From Bugula neritina (lineage: Eukaryota; Animalia; Bryozoa), in assembly GCA_964035545.1 (NCBI GenBank), contig OZ037765.1:31061504-31125503 (forward strand): a stretch of 64,000 nucleotides of DNA, read 5' to 3'. Under the pieces are notes generated by a model. The model ran no database searches. It had not been told where the DNA came from and was given only the letters and a program-made list of their open reading frames with translations. Both the position numbers and the translations under genes were made by a program. This document shows positions 27,478-39,600 of this stretch, in pieces (position 1 is the stretch's first letter; each line of letters begins with the position of its first letter).

Positions 27478-27598
27478 CCTCCCTTCCTCCCTCCCTCTCC
27501 CTCTCCTTCTCCCCCCTCTCCCTCTCCCTCTCTCCCCCCCTCTCTCTCTCTCTCCCTCTCCCTCCCCTTCTCCCCCTCTCCCTCTCCCTCTCTCCCCT

Positions 27599-27643
<45 letters not shown>

Positions 27644-30600
27644 ACCTCCCTCCCACCTCTCTCTCTCACCCCTTTCTCTCTCAGCTTTCACCAACAGTTT
27701 AATGTAATAGTTTACCTGTTATCAGGCTAGCATTGCTTTTGTCCACATAAAACTGAGTCTCCAGGTATTTTGGAGCAAAAGTGGTAAATCCAGTCACAAT
27801 GAGCATAACAAACACAGAGCCGAAGTTTACCAGCATGTACACAGGGTTCTTTATCAGCTCTAACATTGCCTTTGGTAACTCTGAAAACAATTATCAGATT
27901 TTAGAAAATCATAAGAAAAAAAGCTTTCCATGAATAAAATAGGTTTTAGGTTACTGCAAATGATCAGGTGATTTATAAATAGTATAAAATTATATAACAC
28001 TTCATGAAGCTATGAAGTGTTACGTGTTAGCTCTCTTGTTGTCATGCTATTCTATTTACTATATCATCGGCATAATGGTTGCTAGTTTCCACGAAACATA
28101 AATTATTCATACTAGTATAAGTAAATGATCAATGAAAGCCCCAGGAGACTGATAGAATGGCCTGACAAACAAAGAGAGCAATTATTAGAGTCGCAGCTGT
28201 GTCATCCCTTTCTCACCTGAAACCTTGCCAAATGCAAAATCTGCTGAAACATTTCTTTCTTCTTCTTGTCCTTCATCTTCAGCATTCATACTAGATTTGC
28301 TGCCACCCAGAGTAAAGCTGATGTTTGGTTTCTTTTCGGCGTCCATGTTTGCTTGCTTTAGAGATTTGGGAAAGAGACAGAGCCATGGGGAAATCAAACA
28401 CATCAAGATCGTAAAAATAAGAAATCCACCCCACCAAGCGCCAAGCCATCTAAAACAGAATTGAACAATTAGAAGCTTTAATTAGTTGGAACATAACTTT
28501 TAACTATCATAAAATGTTAGACTCATAAGTTTTATGTTTGGTTAGTTACCTATTAGCATGGAACACGCAAATAACCATTCAAGTTTGTACACGACACCTT
28601 GTTATTACAACATAATGCTAGTCATTCATTAGTACCTAACCAATGACCATGTAATTTTTAGCTTAGTCATCTTTGTCACGAAATCAATACCAAGCTTTGA
28701 ATTTCAACACTCGACATAATTCTCAAAAAAGGAAATAATATATAAACGGAAGGTTGAGAGATTAATATAACTTTTCTATAGAGTTGTGCAATCATTTTAT
28801 CTTATAGCATAAATCTATGAAGAATTAACTTTTTACAATGTCTAGGAATTTTCAACATTTGAATAGAAGACTACAATATTCATCTATGATTATATACTAG
28901 TAAAATATATACTCTAATACAAGTGCAGTAATGGAGAAATTGAGACAGCCTAAGTTCTTTAATTTTCTTAATAAATTTGGGTTTGGGGCCTGGGTTGAAA
29001 TCCACAACATGACCTTTTTTGCTAGAGTTCTAAGCTAGAACACAGGCTTTTCTTTATTTCTCTGTTACTGCACCTACCTTCTCTAAAAACACCATAATCT
29101 GAGTAATATTTATAAGTGGCTACTTTATGACTTGAGTAGTTCCTTCCAGGAAGCATTTATATGCGTACACACTCCGGTATAGTACATTAACGTAATAATT
29201 GGCACGGGCTGATACTTCATTACCTTTACCACTGCTACTATTGCCAAATAATATGTAATTGTATACCACAACATAAATTCTCAGTGAATACTGAAAAGCA
29301 GTTGTGATATGCCCCAGCAAATATGCTACCATAATAACAAACATCAGTCACGGCTATATTATGCAGTACTAGCACTCCCAAGCATGAAATCTAAGGAATG
29401 TTACTATCACTACTGCTGAATATATATTCAACTAAAACAGTACTTTTTATTTCATTACCAAATGCAAGCACTAATACTATTCATTAGTCAAGTAAATACA
29501 AGATTTTCAATGTAGCAATACTTTAAATGTTGCTTTTTACGAATCAAAAAACCGATATTTCGTCATACAACTATTACTATTATATATTACTAACAGTGTA
29601 TCTTTACTAGTCAGTCCGTAGTCTTTAGGGTTGTGAGTGAAAACATCTATGTATACATTTATCATTCCCGAACCACCACCATAACCGATCACAGCACCTA
29701 ATATGGAGGCAGCATAGATGATACCTACAACAATGAAAAAATTATATAGTATACACATCACAAGTAGAAGGAGATGACACATATATGTGCAATAAAATCA
29801 TGCCGTTACTTATGAGTATTTATATATTACGGCCAATCTATTAATAACTACAGTGGAGCGATGAAAGCTATACTTTAACCAGCTGAAAAGAGGTGATAAG
29901 AATGCTTGTATGGAATGTGTAATCGCTAAGTAAATGAAGGCTACTCCTAAGTAGTACTTGTGTTATGGTGGAATATTCTAGACCTACTATCTATGCTAAC
30001 CAATGTTAGTGTAAGTTGCAATATTGGTCAACTATTTTATTTTTTAACAAATAAATCACGAGCATATAATTTCAATCTGATTTAAAAACTGACTCACTGC
30101 AGAAAGTAACTGAATATATAATTTACCGATATACTCTCCAGAAACTTTCCGCTTGACTGCATTGTCGATGTAAGAAATGGCAATGGTCATAATTGGAGAG
30201 CTGCCAATACCAATAATAATTTGAGCGACTATGAAAATGCTGATGTACAGAGTGCTCCCTGAAAACTTTTCTTTATCTGAGCATCTCTGTGAGTTTTCAG
30301 AACTAATTTCCATACTACACGATGCAATAGAGAAGTTAACGTGTCCTTGGCCCAACACCACCTGGTCAGTGTATGCTGGAGAAATCCAATGTGGAATACA
30401 GAACATTATTGTACCTACGCCAATGATTAAACTCCCGATAGCTAGTATACGAGGAATATGGCCGTAATGACCAAAATAGCTAATAACTATGACAGCCACA
30501 ACGGCACCAATCTCGTATGAGGATACAATCAGCCCAGACGTTGAGCTGCCCAGTTCAAATTTCTGTTCAATAGTTGTGAGGACTGCTGGTAGGTAGCTGG

Positions 30601-30790
30601 CTGCTATGGCTCCATTTACTAGAGACAGAATACCTACTACGACAGCAAATATTTTGATATTGTGAAAACAAGAGCATCCATCTAGAGCGCTGACTTCGGA
30701 GCTAGATGTGTCCGTGTGGGATATGATGTCAGCAGTGCTACTGCTGTTGTAACTCATGTCTATGCTGCTGTTGTCAGACGGTTTACCCAT
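22774..30790 (-). CDS. SLCO/OATP organic anion transporter, paralogue A (12 coding exons)
   Basis: Exons are 30127-30790, 29595-29724, 28217-28449, 27716-27880, ~26715-26795, ~26452-26562, ~26073-26216, ~25196-25382, ~24932-24996, ~23815-23944, ~23197-23277 and 22774-22842. Motifs: LTTIEQKFELGSSTSGLIVSSYEIG, the OATP signature WLGAWWGGF, Kazal-like CNC..YKPVC..YPSRCHLGC, and PAPIIYGAVIDSSC. Ends ..VYITHL*. Confidence 0.92.
23641..23654. promoter_or_regulatory. RFX X-box-like palindrome in SLCO-A intron
   Basis: GTTGCCATGGCGAC differs by one base from GTTGCCATGGCAAC. Motif match only. Confidence 0.3.
27188..27681. repeat. ~500-bp polypyrimidine/polypurine (CT)n compound microsatellite in SLCO-A intron
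   Basis: Nearly pure C/T strand with higher-order subrepeats. It explains the six low-complexity ORFs at 27122-27730. Confidence 0.97.
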
Positions 30791-33700
30791 GCTGTCTACT
30801 TCTGATGCACAGCGTTCAATGACTTTTCTACAATAAAGCAATAAAATGGCGTAACACATAGTTAAGGTGAAGAGCTACAAAACATGGCAATACTGTTTCG
30901 AGTTTAGACCACACTTAATAACTGACTATCCCATTTTGATGGCCAAACATTATTTTTCTAGATATATTACTTCTAAATATTAATATAGTAACAATAATAA
31001 ATTTTATTTCAGAATATATCAAGGCACACAAGAATAGTATTTCTTAAAATAAAAACTCACAAATAATTATACGACTTGACAAGTTACCTTAGCAGTTAGA
31101 GTCGTTCAAGGTAATATTGTCACAAAGTTTCACCGTTGTATAAACCTCAATTTCTCATCGCATGTGTAAAAATGGAAACGCAGACGGCTGTTTACCTGAA
31201 ATTACCGCACGTTGGTTTAGACTGGCACGCACTGCTCTATTAAAGCTATTGAAAAGAAGCGTTCAGCATGAATGAACACATTGGCAAATCCACCAATAAT
31301 GTTGGTTATTATAAGTTGCGTGAGGAATGTAGTTTTATATAAAAGAGTTAAGCTTAATGCAACCAAAGAAATTGAATGCAATCCAATTTTCGCCAACAAA
31401 GAAATGAAAACAATGTGCACAATGCATCCATTGAGTTTCTAAAAGAGCTAACACTTCATTTAAATGATGTAAGCAGGTTTGCATGTGAATCACACAAATA
31501 ATGAGCAGTCCTAAGTTGAGTAAGCTACCAATAAAATAATATAGTTACGCATTCAGTGTAAGCTACTTGAAGGTTGTAAATTTCCTTATCAATAAATATC
31601 AAGTGGAAAGTAATGGCAATGAATAATAAGGTGTTCAAAACACTTTGTATAACTACAGTTGCTACCTACTCTAGTGTATTCTATTAATAAGTTTTAATAC
31701 ACAAATACACAAAGTCATGGTTATTTTTATATTGATAAACATGTTTTAGATACTAAAAATTACATTGACAATAAATGTATAAGTTGTTAACAATTTGTCT
31801 ATAGCTACAAACATGGATATAACCATAACTAAATATGGTGTGATAAGCAACTAACGATATTTAGTAAATAGTACATTCTAATGTAGTAAGACAACTTCCT
31901 AACAAAGAATACTGATCTCAGGATCTATGCTAGCATTGCAATAGAAATCAGGAAATGGGTAACTTTTGTATTTGCATACTTGATTTGTAGTAAATAAGCT
32001 AATACTGGGTTTAAACTGAAATAAGCTAATGTGATGTGTATATTATTATGCTATATAGTAATTAGAAGGGTGATACAAAACATGCATCTATCTATTAGTT
32101 AGAAGTTTTTTACTCAGATCTTACAAAACAATTAGGAGAAGATAACTCAATCAAATGTTGCTCAAAGCAAGAATATTAATGCTGGAGCAAGAAAAAATTA
32201 AAAACATAATATGTATTATATTATGACTAATGCAATCTAATAGTTTAATAAATTTGGTACTACCCAACAAATCAGTGCAAATCTTCCTCGTTTGTGCCAC
32301 TATACAACTGAATAACATATTATTTATTAGCCTTGCACAACAGAAAATGTGGATTTAATGATGTGCAAGAAATAAGCATGATTACTTTATCCAATAGAAA
32401 TATTTCTCTACATTTAATTTTATAGTTTTGTGTAACTGAATTTTGCTCAAGTTTCCTGATAGAACCCTTTTTTGTCAAACTTAAGAATTTACAATGCATG
32501 AAAGAGTAGTATACCATTAAACATAAGCATTTGTCACTGTTACATAATATAATAAATAAAATTGCATTATATTATTCTGATAATATATAACTGGCTTTAT
32601 TATCCTTAACTATACTTAAATATAATATATACAAATATACTTGCATACTGCTGAAATATATATCAGGCCATTTTGCATTCGTGCAAGAAAAATTCGCCAT
32701 TTCATAATAAGTGCTGCTTGTTTTTTAATAAAAATGGGTACCAAACAAGCAGTTTTTGATGTTGAAATAAAAAAACCTGCCTTTAAACTAAAGCAAATGT
32801 GTACACAAATAACTATGTTACTTGAGAGGTGAAGAAAACACAACTCCTACTATTTTTCCTTACACTTTTATAACTCATAATGTAAATAATAATGCATAAT
32901 AATGAAGATTGAAAGTTACAGTCAAATCAAAATTTAAAAGAAAATACATTGGCATCTAGTTAATTATATTAGCACACTAAATAAAAAAAACAGATTTGAT
33001 GTTTCTTTGGCTTGTACAAATGGGCTAAAAAGTTTGTAGATATTGAAATCCAAATAATCCTAAATGTGCAACATGAATATTGCAAGAGTTAATGACAAAA
33101 AAACTTAAATATCATAAACAGATATAGTAAAATTTATTTAATTGCTGAGAGCCAATATTCAAAGATGATGATTTTTACCCACTAAACCAATTCAAATTTG
33201 ACCAATACAGCAATTGATAAAGTTGAGGACTCACAACTCCAAATACTAAGACTGAGATCACCTGTGTGAGTCTGAGAACTGAGAATGAGTTTAAGTGACT
33301 TCCTAAAGGAAAATGTGTCAGCAATAACAAGCTTCAAAACTATTTTCAGGAAAAATTTTCACTTTCAGTAATAATTGGTGGAGATTTTGACATTAATTTT
33401 TGTATCCACAGATTACAAAGAAGTCTTTTATGATTACAGCGTTAGATGATCTCAAAATGAATAGATTTTTAAAGGCAGAAGGCAGCTGCAGTTTCAATAG
33501 CCTGAGATTTTGAACTATTTTTTTATAGAAAATTTTAGCTCAGGGCACAGGTTGTACCTTTTATAAAATTTCAACTTTTCTTTCAAAAAGCTTTTAATCT
33601 TGTTAATTTACAAAACAGCAATTTGTGTTGGTATTAACAACAATATGTTATAATTATGGTAAATGTAATAGCCAACAATGTTGAATGCTTTTACTAACAG

Positions 33701-34679
33701 AATCTATAACAATTATTACAAGTGTCAATAATATGTGACATACAGCTCCAACCACAAATATGTCATCATACAAGCTTGTAATAGAAAAATTCAATTATAG
33801 AGTAATTTATAGAAAGCTGCAGACCACAAAGAGAGAGTGGACACTGTTTGTCAGCAAAACCTCAAGAGCCTCAAGTAGGTATGAAACTTCATTTATTTTG
33901 CTTGTTTTTGTGATATAAAAGAAAAGTTCATTTAAACTTTCCAATTTTCTAGAAAGGGCCTAGAGATGCAGTATATGAGGGCACATTGCTGAATAATTTA
34001 GTGCCATAGGTTTCAAGTGTTCTTTTGCAATTTAATATATTTAATTACCATCATATATTTTTGATAGCAAGTTGATGCTATCTATAGCTGCATAGCTAAT
34101 AGATGACATGTGTAGAATAAAGTGAGAAAACACTGAAGCATGGGATTATTAATAGCCTCAATATGACAATATCAATATGCATAATTAGTCTATTTTTATA
34201 TCAAAAAACTTTTTACTTACACTTAATTAAAATAGTTGTATTTGTTATTGATTATTTACACAAATATTTATAAAGTATAAGTTATACTTGTATCTTAATA
34301 AATGCATTATGATTATATTGTCTAACTTCTAAGTCTTTTTGTTTAAAAATTCATATTTTACTTTTAAAATTTACGCTTATTATTAAATTTTAAAATAAAA
34401 CTTAAGCTGGGTTCATTAGTGCTACAAATATAAAGTAAAAACACTCTTTGTACAAGAAAAAGACAAATGAATTAATGAAAATTTTTGGAAATTATAAACC
34501 AATTTAAGTCTATCTCAGAGTCAGTCTAAAATTAGAAAACATCGATTAGGATTAAATTAATATCATTATTATTGGCTTATTTAATAGTTTTGTGTGAAAC
34601 TTCAAGAAGTTTATTTAAAAAACTACTTTAAGTCGATGTTACACTTACTGAAAAAAATTAAAAACAGAAAAGCAGTGTT

Positions 34680-34890
34680 ACCTGAACTAGCGGTTTTACA
34701 AGCATACAGATCACGTGGTACAAATAACACTAGTTGCTTCCGGTGTTATGCACATTGATGTCTTCAGATATATTTCGATTCACTCAGTATCAGGAGAGCT
34801 ACTATTCAATGCAACTTTCTGCGGGTCATTCAGATGCAGAGCATGATTTCACCAATGCAGTTCAGTCAGTCCTTTTCATTGTGCAGGTTA
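34680..34890. promoter_or_regulatory. Candidate bidirectional promoter of the two SLCO genes
   Basis: Relatively GC-rich island with CACGTG (34712-34717) and an ETS-like CTTCCGG (~34737). It is bounded by outward-facing donor-like sites (minus CAG|GTAAC ~34681; plus CAG|GTTAAC ~34886), consistent with non-coding first exons. Confidence 0.5.
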
Positions 34891-36690
34891 ACATTCATTG
34901 AGTGATTGAGCAATAATTATTAAAATTATAAGTTTAGAAAGCTCGGATTTTAAATACTTTACCTAAGTATTGTGAAGTTTAAATAAAAGCATGAAATCGA
35001 AGTAAAACAAGCTATTGTAGCTACTGCCAGTAACATTAACAGTAACTGTAAGTATTACTATTACTATTACTAATTAGTAAATTACTATTACTATTACTAT
35101 TACTAGTATTACTATTTGTATTAGTTAAAGTATTGCAATTACATTTACTCTTAGTCTTACCCAGTTACTGATTTAGTTTTACTCTAAGTATTAGTATAAA
35201 CTATTACTACTACTATTAGTATCTCATCTGTATTACATTGATAATTGACTGCTTCTTCATTCTAATTCTTACTCGGTTTCACTAAAGTTATACTAATACT
35301 AATAAGTCTAACATTGTGATTATGATTAACTGTATAAGTATAACTATTAGATTTAGTACAACATTAAGTGATCAACTATTTTAATTAATAATTACATTTA
35401 CTATAACTATAAGTTAAACTTAATGTATAATAATAAGACAATAAGTGCTCTATAGTCTATAAGTATAAGTATGACTATTAGTATTAGTCTTAGATTTTGT
35501 TTTATTATTACTGTTAGTATTACTATTAGTATTGCGTTTACTATTACTGTTGGAGCTATGCCTACCGTTACACTTACTGCTAGTGTTACACTTACTGTTA
35601 GTAATAGTAATAGTTATAACTTTAACTTATAGTATTAGCATTATTATTAGTATTAGTGCAAGTATAACATTAACTGTATAAGACTAGATTGCTATCAATA
35701 TGAATACCTTTTTTACCATGATTCTGAGTTTGAATATGATTATCATTGTCAAACATAGAAACAAAAAGAATTAAAATTAGTTGCCAATTGGGTAGCATTG
35801 ACTCTAAGTTTTGGTCTAATTGAAAGTCTTGATCCTAATGGTGCTCATATTCATATTGTTACTAAATTTAATATTTGTTATCTAGTTTCAGACTTTCAGT
35901 AATGCTGATATATTGATGCTGATGGTTAACTTTTAGGCAATAGCAGTTCCTGATTTATCTCGTTTATGGAACCTTGTTTGGATATTATTTGTATACGTAT
36001 TAGTAGTTGCACATTTGTACTAGCTTGTGATTTGTATGTATATTGTATGGTATGTAAGGCATAACTTTGGGACTAAAGATAAATTAGAGAAAAGTACACA
36101 GTGATGACTGATGAGTCATACTTGACTCATCAAATACTCAACTCTATTAGTAATACCATTCTTTAATTGTATACTCACAGTTATACTGGTTGCTGTTTTA
36201 ATTGTAAAATAAAAATATATTGATAGGTCTAAAAGCTAAGCCTAATGTGTGGTAATATATTATGCTCATACTTTTGTGTATAGTACATAGAACATTAGTC
36301 CACATCTTATCCTACTGCCTGAAGCTTAACTTTGTGTGTTGATATTTCTTTCTGATACTCTGTGAACTATGGTGATAGCTGTGAATGTGTTATCTGTATT
36401 ATTTAAACTCATACAGTCACTAATCAGTGATTTGTTTATCTTAATAAATCTCATTGCCATGTTTATTCTCATAGCTAAACCACAATACTACTAGTACTAA
36501 GCTAATATAATAGTAATGCTGGGTATAAAAGTACTTTTATATGAGTTGCAAATTGAAGAGCTATTCTATTCTATACAAAATGTAACACTAAGTTACTAGT
36601 CACTGGTAACTTATCACTAGTAGCCACAGTTATTCTCTTGTATTTGTATTAAAATTTATAAAATTGTGTTTCAGTATCTTCTGCTAGAGA

Positions 36691-39600
36691 ATGGAGAAAG
36701 ACAATGTGGAGAAAGAGTCACTACCAGAAGCAGAAAGGCTACTGAACAATAATCAATGTCATGGAGCTGGTCCATCTACAAGCAGCAGCACCAACAGCAA
36801 TAGGGACTCTGGAATTCAAGATGGAGAGTTTTTAGAGCAACAATCAACACTAGATAAAGACAAGAATGTAGATGCTGCAATTGTAAGCCTTCCGCCATTG
36901 CCTAAAGCGCCTCTAGCTGACCCTTTAGAAGAAGTTGCTCAAGAATTATCACGAAGGGGCTCTGTGGCCAGCGCCCGCTCCGTGTTGACTGTTAATGATG
37001 TTGAGATTGATCCTGCTGACGAACTGTGCGGGTGGGGGCCCTTCAGTCCCGCATTTTGTCAAGGATTCCGGAATCCTAAATGGGTGTTAGTGTGGCTGAG
37101 TCTAGCTGGGATGTGTCAGGTTAGTGAGAGATCTTAGTCTAGATTCTGTTGTATAAGTCTGCCTAGTATCTTCCTGGAGAATGATGGAACTCAAGTTTGA
37201 TTGAAGGTTACAAATAGAAGCGAACATTTTATGCAGTACTCTCTTGTATCTCACTAATCTGGGGGTCAAAACCTCCATTTGTGACATAGTAGAATACCAG
37301 ATTTAACTCAGATCTGTTAAATTTGGCCATTTTGTCCCTATATAGACACATACATAAACCACACAAGGGGTCCATGGATTCCGTTAGAAATGGATTCGTG
37401 AGATGTGGAGGAAGCACTGTAATGTAAATGTGATATTTATTGCAATTGAAAAGCACGGCGGTGTAATAATCACCACAACAGGTACAGTTCGCTGCCTAAC
37501 CGCTGCCAACTGGTCACCGACAGCAGCTAGTAGTAAACCATGTTGTTGTATCTTCACTAGTTTTGGCCTGACTCTTGAGCCAAGTTACTAAATTTAGATA
37601 TTAGGATGCTCTGTGTACTCTCCAGTTATCAAGTGACAGACCTGTGTTGTAGCAGCTGCTGTAAATACCCTCTCTGATTGGTCAGCGCATCGCCTGACTA
37701 GCAGTGGCAGCATTCCAACATGGAGGCATTTTATAAAAATAGTTATCTAGTATATTTGAGATTCCAGTTGTGAGTGGCCTGTATACTATATATAATAATA
37801 ATACTGTGTTATGCTAAGGTATTTAAAACATGCTACCTGCAACGCAGTGTGTAGATAACGTTGGCTCTTACTTTCAAATATTATTGCTGCAAGATATACA
37901 TTAGATGGCTGAAAGCAATAAACTCTGCATGTGATGTTTCGTACCTCAAGACAAGCTCTACTAGAATGTTCTTGTCTCTTCTTACACCCCCTCGGGGTGT
38001 CTTACGCCCCTCTCCCCCTGCCTGTGATATACATGGGACACTGTGTGCTACTTGCAGGGGATGATAGTGAATGGGTTCGTGTTGAACAGTATCAGCACCC
38101 TGGAGCGCAGGTTTGACCTGAAGAGCTCTGAAACTGGCATCATAGCCAGTGGCTACGACTTAGCCTCTCTGGTCTGCCTCATTCCCGTGTCATATTTTGG
38201 GGGCGTGAGTAGAAAGCCCCACTGGGTTGGTGTTGGAGTACTGATCATGAGCCTGGGCTCCATCATCTTTCTACTACCTCACTTCACCACAGGTTAGTAG
38301 GCTATAGGAATCTCATTGGAACTTAAGCTAAGCAATTTTCGCCTGAAGTCATAAATAAATTTATTTGTTGAAAATTAATTAGAAATTAGTATGAAGTTAT
38401 TAACATTAGGAAATATTAGTTTCACTAGTGAAATCTGCACAGAGTTGGTAATGTTGTGATTAGTTCTAATCAGTTTGGTTGAAACAGATAGTACTTGTGT
38501 GTTTCACGTGTCACTATCAGCTCCTTTGTAAGTAGTGCTAATGGCATCTCCGGGCAAGTGCTTGTTGGTTAGACTAGGCTAGTGTATAGTTTGTTTATTT
38601 TGCTGTAGAAACAAACTAATTGAGTTTTTTGTGTGATTTTCAAGCAGTTGATAGCTGTTAATGATGGCTGCTAAATATAAACTGAAAGGTAAATATGAGT
38701 GTACGATGTGGTTACTTAAGTTCAACCCTTCTGTCGTCTTTCATACTGGCTAACTTTACTAATGATATACTAAGAGTGATGTAGGCTACTGTAATAGTTT
38801 AACTCTTTAATACTTGTTTGTGTACATCAGTGTGAGTATTTACTATGTTTGTACTTTTTTACTATCATTCTAACTCTACATCATTTCTTTGGTAACCACT
38901 AAAATCTGTGCCCTTATTTACAACTGGCAATATTTAATTACTGACTGCTAAACACAAATTGTATTATTAATTACTAATTATGATTACATAATAGTCCAGA
39001 CTTTGCTCTGAGCTAAGAGGCTGGAATGGTATCTGTAAGATCTCGTAGATAGAATCTACCTGTACAGTGGTCCTGGATTTATTGAGTAATAAAACAGATG
39101 TTGTTAAGTTACATGAACATCCTGAACTAGAACTGTAGTGTCTGTAAAATCTATTAACTGGAGATGGTTATCTGCTGAGAGTTGATGCATGTAGCTGATT
39201 GCCTGACTCAGTCTATTATTACGTAACTGTTAACACATTCTCCCAGTCCTCTGGTTGGGAAACACATCAGTGAGGAAAGTGCCACATCAGGGTGTGTTTC
39301 TCCACCGGTATTGTAACTGTATAGCAGATGTCATGCAGTATGTCCCAGTCCAATAGTGGGTGACCTGATTGTAACTGCTGTCAGCTGTAATTTCATTAGG
39401 TCAGCGTAATTACTTTGAATCCCTTTTTAAGAGGAATGTGTGCAGCTGTTGGGACTAATGTGGCAGCTACTGCGTATAATGTATACTACTCAATATATTG
39501 TATAGTCCACCACACACACACACACACCGTACTGTGTATTGCAGCACAGTGTAGTATATGTTGTATATTTTGTGTTGTATTACAATACCAAGATGTCTAC

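Noticed and set aside
27122-27730. Six long ORFs (ER/SL/P-rich)
   Set aside because: Translations of the (CT)n tract inside an intron.
36108-36135. Hammerhead ribozyme (CTGATGA plus stem); also minus-strand CTGATGAG near 22945
   Set aside because: No GAAA follows the stem in either case.
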